From PVC group bacterium (GTDB lineage: Bacteria; Auribacterota; Erginobacteria; Erginobacterales; Erginobacteraceae), in contig JAZDIV010000149.1 in assembly GCA_043804695.1 (NCBI GenBank), positions 1-33,664 on the forward strand: 33,664 nt of DNA, given 5' to 3'. Position 1 is the stretch's first letter, and every line of letters starts with the position of its first letter. Of the stretch, positions 8,358-17,176 are shown piece by piece. A model generated the notes under the pieces. It was given only the letters and a program-made list of their open reading frames with translations, ran no database searches and was not told where the DNA came from. The position numbers and the translations under genes were made by a program.

Positions 8358-9701
8358 ATGAATTTTGATTACACTGGACCGAAGATCATCGTTGATCCCC
8401 CGGGTCCGAAGGCCAAGGCGTGGATCGAGAGGGACAACAGGGTGCTCAGCACCAGCCTGAGCCGGACCAACGACCTGGTGGCGCTGCGGGCGCACGGCCC
8501 CTACGTCGAAGACGTCGACGGCAACGTTTTCATGGACTTCGGCTCCGGGATCGCCGTCTCGGTGATGGGCCACACGGAGCCCACGGTTGTGAAGGCGGTT
8601 CAGGACCAGGCGGCGCAGCTGATCCACGCCAACTCCTGCGATTACCTGACGCTCCCCCAGGTGGAGTACGCCGAGCGCTTCGTGAAGCTGTGCCCGGGCG
8701 ATTTCAAAAAGCGGGTCTTCTTCTCCAACAGCGGGGCGGAATGCATCGAGTGCGGGATCAAGGTCGCCAGGTATAACACCGGCCGGGCCGGTTCGATCGC
8801 GTTTCTGGGGGCCTTCCACGGCCGTTTCATGGGGTCGCTGGCCCTGACAACCAACTCTCCGGTCTCCCGGCGGCGCTATATCTCCTCCATGATGCCGGGG
8901 GTCGCCTTCTCTCCCTACGCCTACTGTTACCGCTGCCCCTTCAAGCAGAAGCACCCGGGCTGCGGCCTGGAGTGCCTGCAGTACCTGAAGGAGAACGTTC
9001 TCAACCGGGTAATCCCCCCGGAAGACTGCGCCTTCATCATCGTGGAGCCGATCCAGGGCGCCGGCGGCTTTATCATCCCGCCCAAGGAGTTTCTCCAGGG
9101 GGTCCAGGAAGTCTGCCGGGAGAACGGAATCCTGCTGATGGTCGATGAGGTCCAGACCGCCTTCGGGAAGACCGGCTACTTTCTGGCCAGCGAGTACTTC
9201 GGCCTCGTGCCCGACATCCTCTGCGTCTCGAAGGCGATCGCCGCCGGGTTGCCGATGGGGATCACCGTGACCCGCTCCGAACTGATGGAATGGGAACTCA
9301 ACACCCACGAGAACACCCTGGGTGGGAACCCGGTCGTGGTGGCGGGGGCGCTCGCCGTCCTCGACCTCTACGAGAAGAAGGGCTTCACCGGGAAGGCCGC
9401 GAAAGTCGGAGAGTGGCTCCAGGAGGGGATCAGGGAACTCCAGGAAAAGTACGAGCTGATCGGCGACGTCCGCGCGCTGGGAACGATGGTCGGGATCGAG
9501 CTGGTGGAGTCGAGGAAGACCAAGGAGCCGGCCACGAAAAAACGGAACCGCCTGATCGAGCTGACCTTCAAAAAGGGTCTCCTGATCCTGGGCGCCGGGA
9601 AGTGCTCGGTCCGCCTGGCCCCGGTCCACACCATGACCGAGGACGAGGTAAAGGTCGGGATCCAAATTTTGGATGATGCCCTGGCGGAGATCACCGGTTA
9701 G
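8358..9701 (+). CDS. Class-III PLP-dependent aminotransferase (GABA/acetylornithine aminotransferase-like)
   Basis: DVDGNVFMDFGSGIAV, FSNSGAE, AFHGR, EPIQGAGG, DEVQTAFGKTG, PLP-Lys VSKAIAAGLPMG, TLGGNP; AAGGAG RBS. Confidence 0.88.
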   Translation: MNFDYTGPKIIVDPPGPKAKAWIERDNRVLSTSLSRTNDLVALRAHGPYVEDVDGNVFMDFGSGIAVSVMGHTEPTVVKAVQDQAAQLIHANSCDYLTLPQVEYAERFVKLCPGDFKKRVFFSNSGAECIECGIKVARYNTGRAGSIAFLGAFHGRFMGSLALTTNSPVSRRRYISSMMPGVAFSPYAYCYRCPFKQKHPGCGLECLQYLKENVLNRVIPPEDCAFIIVEPIQGAGGFIIPPKEFLQGVQEVCRENGILLMVDEVQTAFGKTGYFLASEYFGLVPDILCVSKAIAAGLPMGITVTRSELMEWELNTHENTLGGNPVVVAGALAVLDLYEKKGFTGKAAKVGEWLQEGIRELQEKYELIGDVRALGTMVGIELVESRKTKEPATKKRNRLIELTFKKGLLILGAGKCSVRLAPVHTMTEDEVKVGIQILDDALAEITG

Positions 9702-9725
9702 GTTTGCAACTTATCTAACCTCCGA

Positions 9726-10017
9726 GTAGAGTGATGGCGTAGTGGCTACAGGTGGAAGTTTGATTCCCCGTTTCCTTCGGGAGTGCCTCTCTTCGCTCCA
9801 CCCTGCCCTATTTCCGTCTCCCTGTCACAGGACCGTACGTGCGGTTTTCCCGCATGCGGCTCCTGCCATAAGCTTTATCAGAAGGTTTATACTCCTACTT
9901 CGGTCTCAAGTCGCTTTCCGGTAGTACCTGATCTGGTAGTAATTGAATAAACCCCAGTCTCGATAAGGCACTTCCTTACGCCACCTCTTGCAACCATCTC
10001 CTGGGCCGTCCTTTTCC
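9726..10017 (-). mobile_element. 3' remnant of a group II intron (degenerate maturase tail + domains V and VI)
   Basis: Minus strand reads GAGCCGCATGCGGGAAAACCGCACGTACGGTCC (domain V: AGC triad, GAAA loop, AC bulge), then a long domain VI ending ACTCTAC at 9726. An upstream frame gives GDGCKRWRKEVPYRDWGLFNYYQIRYY, like intron-encoded protein C-termini. Confidence 0.8.
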
Positions 10018-11442
10018 TCAAGGGCGTTCAGCCTCGGTCATTACTATACTGGTCAGGCCGTGGTACCTGGCAAAGCTCAAGTTCTTCCAGTGCTTCGAAT
10101 TGGGGGTGAGCTCATTAAAAAATATGCTCCGCGGCTTGACAGGAAGCGGCTGTACCCGTAGTTCAGTCTCTCCCCGTGCAATCGATGATTGGATTAACTC
10201 TCTCCGTTTTTCAAGGGCACTCTTGAACCGGGGGCCATAGACAATAAGGTCCCCGGCGGCATCAATCGTATTCGGCTGGAGAGCAAAGACGATAATCAAC
10301 AGAAGTTTCGCTGCCGCTCTTATACGGGTCAGGATGACGCCCAGGTTGACAGTTGAATCAATGAAATAGGGAATAAGAATGACAAGGCTCGAAAACCATC
10401 CCGTTAGAAAAATAAAGTAAATCAGGTTAACAGTCCTGGGAAATGGCGGTTTTCCTAAGCCCCAGGCAGAGGGGATGAAAGAAATTAAAATCCCTGTTAT
10501 CCAGAGCACGGGGATGAGCAGCATCCACCGCGGGGTTTTGCCTTTATCAGAGAAGGCGGCCCTGGCCGTTATCTGGGCAATAGGAGCGAAGAGGATGCTC
10601 AAAAGGAGTAGCCCGGGCGAGGAGCTCCAGGCTACCACGAGGCCAATGGCTTTTTTGAGAGCCGGGATCACCATTACGGGATCCCGGGACCTGGATGCCA
10701 TCGCGAAACGAATACTGTTCCCCGGCGAAAAATAGACAATTGCCGCCGCCGCCGCGCAGATACACAGAACGATCAGCCAGTGTCGCCGATCCGGGTGCCC
10801 GCGAATCCAGGATAGTGCCGTCCCCGCGGCAAGACCGTAGAAGATTATGAGCAGCATGGTCTCACTGCATCCGATCACCAGCGCGGCCAGTACGCTTGCT
10901 CCCAGGGTGGCATACGTCGTTCGGGCGCCGAAAAACCGGCCCGGTTTCCCGATCATCACGGTCGCCAAGAGGAGAAAGAGAATGGTCGCAATCTGGTAGT
11001 TTATGATACTGGCCAACCAGTACAGTGGGCCCGGAGCGGGCAAATGTGTCAAGTACAGCGCCATAAAAGCGGTTACCCCCCCTGCCCGAGCAAGCCGGTT
11101 TGGTGCGTGGGGAATGATCCGAAAGCTGAACACGTACAATGCGACCCAGATACCGAGGAAGGAAGCAAGAGGAATGAGACAGTACATCCCGCCTTCAAAA
11201 ACGGGTGCTCTCGCAACCAGGGAGCATACAAAGTTGTAGGTATATCGCCCGGTCCATCTTTCGTACCAGATCCTCTGGCTGTCCCAGAATCCCCTCCGGG
11301 CGGCACAGTTGGCATAGCAGAAATCATCCCCGCTCGGATAGGCGTAATAAGACAGACTGAGGAAGAGCAGGACGATCAATCCGACACTGAGCCAGAAACA
11401 GATATCGACCATCTTGAAAAAGACTGTTCCGCGATCATTCAC
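10018..11442 (-). CDS. Multi-pass membrane protein, GT-C glycosyltransferase-like (DUF6056-like)
   Basis: About 11-12 hydrophobic segments; first loop YPSGDDFCY...WYERWTGRY; SPGN..R and WKN..FARYHGL near the end; AT-richer than neighbours. Confidence 0.65.
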   Translation of the reverse strand: MNDRGTVFFKMVDICFWLSVGLIVLLFLSLSYYAYPSGDDFCYANCAARRGFWDSQRIWYERWTGRYTYNFVCSLVARAPVFEGGMYCLIPLASFLGIWVALYVFSFRIIPHAPNRLARAGGVTAFMALYLTHLPAPGPLYWLASIINYQIATILFLLLATVMIGKPGRFFGARTTYATLGASVLAALVIGCSETMLLIIFYGLAAGTALSWIRGHPDRRHWLIVLCICAAAAAIVYFSPGNSIRFAMASRSRDPVMVIPALKKAIGLVVAWSSSPGLLLLSILFAPIAQITARAAFSDKGKTPRWMLLIPVLWITGILISFIPSAWGLGKPPFPRTVNLIYFIFLTGWFSSLVILIPYFIDSTVNLGVILTRIRAAAKLLLIIVFALQPNTIDAAGDLIVYGPRFKSALEKRRELIQSSIARGETELRVQPLPVKPRSIFFNELTPNSKHWKNLSFARYHGLTSIVMTEAERP

Positions 11443-11834
11443 AGTTATGAGTTATGGGCTTTCTCAGCCGGTGTCGGGCTCCTTTGCAGTAATCAGATCC
11501 GGTTTTCCCCTTGATTGCTCTATACAATTACAGAAACTGGACATGAAGCCGCACACCCAGAATGAAGCTTGCCTTAGCGGATGCGCCGGGCAGGTACAAA
11601 TAGCATTTCCCAATGAAAAGGCTTTTCTTTTCATCAGACGGCAAATCTGTTTAAAAAATACCTTAAGAAAATGGACCCTGCCACCCCGGCCCCGAGATAG
11701 CAAAGCTATTTTTCGGGGTTGCGTGGTAGGGGAGAAAGTTCACATGCTAAATCCCGGACTGCCCTTCACTCATCACACCATCATCCAAGGCTCCATTACT
11801 CTGCTTTATTGAGTTTTCTTCGTGATCTTCGTGG

Positions 11835-12335
11835 TTAATTAGTATTCCTAAAGAGCGTGTGGGCGGCGGTGGCGTCCATGACCCGGAGCCTCCGGCTGAT
11901 CTCGCGGGCCAGGTTCATGATGATCATGGTGAATGTCCGCAGACTCTCTTTTTCGATCCGGTAGAGATCCCCTTTGGTGAGCACCAGGGTGACGGTCTCC
12001 TCCCGGGACCGGACCGTGGCCGCGCTGGGCTGGACGTCGATCAGCTCCATCTCCCCGAAGCTGTCTCCCACGGTGAGGACCGCCAGGCGCGCCGCCGGCC
12101 GGCCCGGCTTCTCCGGATCGCGTTTGATGACTTCAACCGATCCCTTCCAGATCAGGTAGAGGTTGCCGCCTGCTTCGCCTTCCCGGATGATGTCCTCGCC
12201 GGCGTTGAACTGCCGATATTTCAATAACTCCCGGATCTTCTTCAGCTCATCGTCCTTAATCCCCCCGAAAAGGGAGTGCGTCCGGAGAAATTCCAATGAG
12301 ACCGGGGGGAACAATTTTTTTTCGTTATCGGCCAT
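11835..12335 (-). CDS. Stand-alone cyclic-nucleotide-binding domain protein
   Basis: IIREGEAGGNLYLIWKGSVEV, GDSFGEMELIDVQPSAATV, C-helix NLAREISRRLR, no HTH; start moved to ATG 12335 because the longer ORF runs into the IS. Confidence 0.8.
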   Translation of the reverse strand: MADNEKKLFPPVSLEFLRTHSLFGGIKDDELKKIRELLKYRQFNAGEDIIREGEAGGNLYLIWKGSVEVIKRDPEKPGRPAARLAVLTVGDSFGEMELIDVQPSAATVRSREETVTLVLTKGDLYRIEKESLRTFTMIIMNLAREISRRLRVMDATAAHTLFRNTN

Positions 12336-12350
12336 TTGATTATTGCTCAC

Positions 12351-12375
12351 CACCCCGATTGAATCAATCGGGGTG
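12351..12375. repeat. Perfect 12-bp-arm palindrome upstream of the cNMP gene
   Basis: CACCCCGATTGA-A-TCAATCGGGGTG; the preceding GCTCACCACC recurs at 12411-12420. Confidence 0.75.
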
Positions 12376-12453
12376 GAAGCATGACTGAAAACTAAGATTG
12401 CAGCCTGGTAGCTCACCACCGGGCTTGTCCTGCCCTTATCCCGGAAAAAAAGC

Positions 12454-12482
12454 TGGACAAAACTACATTTGCCATCTATATA
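12454..12482 (+). promoter_or_regulatory. Putative sigma70-type transposase promoter
   Basis: TGGACA-17 nt-TATATA ending 6 nt before the ATG at 12489. Confidence 0.4.
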
Positions 12483-12488
12483 GGTGGC

Positions 12489-14815
12489 ATGAAAACACAA
12501 AATCAGATCAAAAGGAGTCTCGGCCGGCCCGATGTCATCGAGCATATCAAAAAAATGCTGAACGTCAATAAAGGACTAAATCGAACCCAATTAGCCAAAA
12601 CTCTATGTCGCGAGTACGCTTTCTATGATGCCCGGGGCAAGCCGCAGTTAAGCAGTTGTTTGAAAGCCCTTCGGGATCTTGAACAACAGGGAGCTCTGCA
12701 ATTACCTGTCGCGCGTAAAAAGAAAGCAGTCCGGTGGACGCCCCGCCGTTTGGGGGAAGCGGTGTCAAAAGCGGAAGGCGTTCCCGAGCAAGTGAATGAA
12801 ATTCAGGATCTGCAACTGATTCGGGTTGAAGAGGAAGAGCAGATGCGGATCTGGAATGAACTGATCATTCGTGAACATCCTCAAGGGCACCGGCCTCTGG
12901 TAGGTCGTCAGTTGCGTTATTTGGTCAAGTCCGAACATGGATGGCTGGGCGCAGTGGGGTTTGCCGCTGCCGCACTTCATCTCAAGGATCGTGATCAATG
13001 GATTGGATGGGATCTGGCAACCAGGCGGGCCTACCTGGAGCGAGTGGTGAGCCTGAGCCGGTTTTTAATCCGCAATCAGGTACATTGTCAGAATCTGGCA
13101 TCCAGGGTACTGGGCATGTGCACGCGGATGATGACCACTGACTTTGAAAGTCGGTACGGATATCGCCCCTGGTTATTGGAAAGTTTTGTCGATAGCAGTC
13201 GTTTTTCCGGAACCTGCTATCAGGCTGCCAACTGGCTTCGGATCGGCCGGACGCAGGGACGGGGAAGGCAGGATCGGAAGAAAGAGCGGCGGGAAACGGT
13301 TAAGGATATTTATGTGTACGTGCTGGTCGATGATTTTCGTCAACAGATGGGGCTGGCGAAGGATGCCGGCCGGACACCGCTCAGTCCGGAAGCCGGTCTG
13401 GATAACGACGGGTGGGCGAAAAACGAGTTTGGGGGAGCCCCGATAGGAGACCGGCGATTGAGCTTCCGGTTGGCCGACATCGCACAAGTGAAAGGGGAAA
13501 GCCCGGGCTCATCCTGGCTGGCTGCTTGCCAGGGAGACAAGGCCGCGGTTAAGGGGTATTATCGACTCATCGAACACCCCGACGAGGGGGCGGTGACGAT
13601 GTCAAACATGCTTCAGACACACCGGGAACGCACGATCAGGCGCATGCAAGCACAGCGAATCGTGTTATGTATCCAGGACGAGACAAAATTGAACTATTCG
13701 AGCCTGGAACAGTGCGAAGATCTGGGCGTGATCGGCAAGAATCAGACCGGCACCGAAAGCAGAGGTTTATGCTTGCATTCGACCCTGCCGGTTACTGTTG
13801 ACGGGCTACCGCTGGGAGTTTTACGCGCTCATTGTTATGCCCCGGAATTGAAGCCCGAACATAAGGGCAAGGATCATCGTTACATCCCGATTGAAGAAAA
13901 GGAGACCTTTCGCTGGATCGAGGGATTGAGGGATTGCATGGAGGTAATCGGACAGATGCCGGGCACCTCGGGGGTGGTGGTGATGGATCGGGAAGCGGAT
14001 TTTTTCGAGTTGTTCGATGAGTGGCGCCGGAACCCCCGCGTGGATCTGCTGGTGCGGGCAAAACACGACCGTCGCACAGACGAAGACGTAAGCTTGTTTG
14101 AGATGGTCGAACAAACGCCGGTTCAACTCCGGCTGCGGATCGATATCCCGCGCCGCAGCGCCCGAAAAAAAAGAGGCAAACGTCCGGCCCGGACGGGACG
14201 AGTGGCGCGTCAAGCCGAAGTAGATGTTCGCTATACGTTAGCAACACTTTGTCCTCCTCAGGGCGGGTTAAATAGAGGCAAAGCCCCGATTCCGGTGTGG
14301 ATTATTTATATGGTTGAGGAGAATCCACCACCGGGAGAAGAACCGATTGAATGGCGGTTGATTACCACCATCAAGCTGAATTCACCGGAAAAAGTGGTGC
14401 AATGTGTGCGTTGGTATCGACTGCGGTGGAGGATTGAAGACTGGCACCGGGTGTTAAAAACAGGGTGTCGGATCGAACAGTTGGCGCACAAGACGGCAGA
14501 ACGTCTGAAGCGTGCGATCGCGGTGAACCTGGTAATCGCCTGGCGTATTATGCTGATGACATTGTTGGGCAGGGAAGTACCGAAATTGCCCGTCGAGATA
14601 TTGTTCACGGATATCGAGATCGAGGTCCTGCGCCGGTACGCGTTAAAAAAAAACTGAAATCGCCTGAATTGCTCGGTGACGCGGTGGTTTTAGTGGGCCG
14701 GCTCGGCGGATATCTGGGCCGAGGTAAAGATCCACCACCCGGTCATGAGGTGTTGTGGAAAGGTTATTCATGCTTGCAAACAATGTGTATGGGGTTCTCA
14801 TTAGCAGATGAATGA
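12489..14815 (+). CDS. DUF4338-like domain fused to an IS4-family transposase, with a -1 frameshift at an A9 run
   Basis: ORF 12489-14657: GRQLRYLV, RFLIR...NLASRVL, LESFVD...GTCYQAANW; then IQDETKLNY, VMDREADFFELF and the IS4 Y-R-E-K signature YRLRWRIEDWHRVLKTG. The Tn5-type tail RLGGYLGRGKDPPPG continues in the -1 frame to 14815 after A9 (14645-14653). Confidence 0.88.
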
Positions 14816-14900
14816 TTCCTATCAGCTTATTTTACGGGATAAGGGCAGGGCAAGCCCGGTGGGGGCGTTGTTCAAATTAAATGGAAAAAGCAGAAATCCC

Positions 14901-15674
14901 ATGAAGGTCTATCTCTTAATGGATACGGCACATTCGGGCGCCGTGAACATGGCGATTGACGAGGTGCTGGGGGAGTCGGTGATCGGGAAGGAGGGGGAGA
15001 TCGCTATTCGGTTTTACGGCTGGGAACCCCCCACCGTTTCCATCGGCTATAACCAGCCGTCGGCCGACCTGGATCTCGACGCCGTGTCCCGGGATGGCTT
15101 GGGCTGGGTCCGCCGGATGACCGGGGGAGGGGGGGTGCTCCACTGGAACGAGATCACTTACAGTATCGCCATCCCCTATAATCGCCGGGCCGGAGATTCC
15201 AGAAAAGATCTCTTCGTCTTCTGCGCGGAAATCCTCTCCGCCCTGTACCGTTCCCTGTGGATCGAGACCACGGCCAGAACACCCGGACCATACACGCCGA
15301 TCGCCGACTGCTTTGCGGCTCCCGGTGCCCATGAACTGGTGGAGAAGACCACCGGAAAAAAGATCGCCGGGAGCGCCACCACCATCAGAAAGGGGTATTT
15401 TCTCCAGCACGGTTCCCTCCCTCTTGACGACGCCCGTCTCCGGATCAACTCCTACCTGAAAGCCGCTTCCTCTCCCCGGACCGCTTCCGCCGGGAGCGTG
15501 GCGATCGGCGACTTCGTTGATTTTACCCGGGATGAGGTTTTAGAGCGCTTCCGGAACTGCCTGGAGGAGAAGTTTGAGGTCGCCCTGTTCCAGCTTTCCG
15601 GGGAGATGATGAGCAACGCCTGCCGGCTCGCTGAAGAAAGGTACGCCGGCCCGAAGTGGGCCTATCGCCGGTAA
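14901..15674 (+). CDS. Lipoate-protein ligase / octanoyltransferase (LplA/LipM family)
   Basis: NMAIDE, RFYGWEPPTVSIGYNQ, VRRMTGGGGVLH, KKIAGSA, LQHGSL; start moved to ATG 14901 outside the IS. Confidence 0.87.
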   Translation: MKVYLLMDTAHSGAVNMAIDEVLGESVIGKEGEIAIRFYGWEPPTVSIGYNQPSADLDLDAVSRDGLGWVRRMTGGGGVLHWNEITYSIAIPYNRRAGDSRKDLFVFCAEILSALYRSLWIETTARTPGPYTPIADCFAAPGAHELVEKTTGKKIAGSATTIRKGYFLQHGSLPLDDARLRINSYLKAASSPRTASAGSVAIGDFVDFTRDEVLERFRNCLEEKFEVALFQLSGEMMSNACRLAEERYAGPKWAYRR

Positions 15675-15733
15675 CCCGGATTATGTATGAAAGCGAGGAA
15701 AAAAAAGAATTATTATACCCCCCGCGGGAGCAC

Positions 15734-17134
15734 TCAGAGATGGATTGCCCGGCCGAGAGCGGCGTGGGCGGCTTCCTGGCTCGCCTCGGAGAGGGTGGGG
15801 TGGGCGTGGATGTTCCGGGCGACATCTTCGATTGTCAGGCCGGCACTTTGAGCCAGGGTAAGTTCCGGGAGAAGTTCGGTAACGTCGGGGCCGACCAGGC
15901 TTGCTCCCAGCAGCTTCCCGGTATCTTTCTCCGACACGATCTTGACGAAGCCGTCCCGCTCGCTTAAGCCCAGGGCTTTCCCGTTGGCGAGGAAAGGAAA
16001 TTTTCCGACCATGATCGAGAACCCCTCTTTTAAGGCCTCTTCCCCGGTGTAGCCGAAGCTCGCCACCTGGGGACGGCAGTAGACGCAGCGGGGGATCATC
16101 CGGTAGTCAATCGGCTTCGGATTCCGCCCGGCGACAGCCTCGGCGGCCACGATCCCCATTGCCGATCCGGCGTGGGCCAGCATCAGTTTCCCGGTTACGT
16201 CCCCAACGGCGTACACGCCGGGGACGCCGGTCTCCATCCGGTCGTTGATCCCGATGAAGCCGCCCTTTTCGCTCAGGCTGACTCCCACTTCCTCCAGGCC
16301 GATCTCCTCCACGTTGGGACGGAAGCCGATCGCGACCAGGGCCCGATCGCCTGCCACGGTTTCTTTGCCCTTCGGTGTTTCTACCGTTACCGTGACACCG
16401 TCCGGTCTCCTCTCAATGTGTTCGACACGGCTGCCGGTATAAAAAGCGATCCCCATCTTCTTGTAGGCCCGCTCAACTGCCGCGCTTACCTCCGGGTCCT
16501 CGGCAGGGAGAAGGCGATCGAGCATCTCGATGATGGTGACGTTCACCCCGTAGCTTTTCCAGATGTAGGCGAACTCCATCCCGATCGGCCCTCCGCCAAT
16601 GATGACGGCGCTCCCGGGGAGTCCGGGGGAGAGGATGGCCTCGGTGTAGGTGATGATCTTCGATCCGTCGATCTCCAGGCCGGGGAGCGAACGGGGGCGG
16701 GCGCCGGTGGCGATGATGATACTGGAGGTATCAATGGCCACCGGCTCCCCGTCGTCCGGTGTCACCCGGACCCGCTTCGGGGATTCGATGCGGGCGGGAC
16801 CGTGATAACTCTCGATCCCGTTCTTCTTCAGCAGGAGGTTGACCCCCTTCACCAGCCGTTCGGATACCTGCCGGCTTCGCTTGAAGGCGGCGCCGTAATC
16901 AACGGATAGATGATCGAAGGAGAGACCGAACTCGCCGGCGCGCCGGGAGACTGTCTCCACCAGTTCGGCGTTCCTGAGCAGCGACTTGGTCGGGATGCAG
17001 CCCACGTTGAGGCAGACACCGCCCCAGTAACGGCGCTCGACGATGGCCGTCTTCAGCCCCAGCTGGGCTGCCCGGATGGCGGCCACGTACCCGGCCGGCC
17101 CGGCCCCGATGACCACGACGTCATAGGTATTCAT
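15734..17134 (-). CDS. lpdA: Dihydrolipoamide dehydrogenase
   Basis: GAGPAGY, redox disulfide GGVCLNVGCIPTK, IIGGGPIGME, C-terminal HAHPTLSE. Confidence 0.95.
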   Translation of the reverse strand: MNTYDVVVIGAGPAGYVAAIRAAQLGLKTAIVERRYWGGVCLNVGCIPTKSLLRNAELVETVSRRAGEFGLSFDHLSVDYGAAFKRSRQVSERLVKGVNLLLKKNGIESYHGPARIESPKRVRVTPDDGEPVAIDTSSIIIATGARPRSLPGLEIDGSKIITYTEAILSPGLPGSAVIIGGGPIGMEFAYIWKSYGVNVTIIEMLDRLLPAEDPEVSAAVERAYKKMGIAFYTGSRVEHIERRPDGVTVTVETPKGKETVAGDRALVAIGFRPNVEEIGLEEVGVSLSEKGGFIGINDRMETGVPGVYAVGDVTGKLMLAHAGSAMGIVAAEAVAGRNPKPIDYRMIPRCVYCRPQVASFGYTGEEALKEGFSIMVGKFPFLANGKALGLSERDGFVKIVSEKDTGKLLGASLVGPDVTELLPELTLAQSAGLTIEDVARNIHAHPTLSEASQEAAHAALGRAIHL

Positions 17135-17176
17135 AGCATAATCCCGTCTTTCCTGTTGCCTCTTCCAGCTGTCCGG

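Larger units (their letters stand above)
12430..14848 (+). mobile_element. IS4-family (IS50/Tn5-like) insertion sequence, 2419 bp
   Basis: 26-bp terminal inverted repeats 12430-12455 and 14823-14848 (CTGCCCTTATCCCG(G/T)AAAA(A/T)AAGCTG, 24/26) enclosing a DDE transposase. Confidence 0.9.

Noticed and set aside
9742..9924. 60-aa ORF
   Set aside because: It is the antisense reading of group II intron domains V-VI
12489..13360. Druantia defence system
   Set aside because: The DUF4338-like domain is fused to a transposase inside IS ends; no DruE helicase or other dru genes nearby
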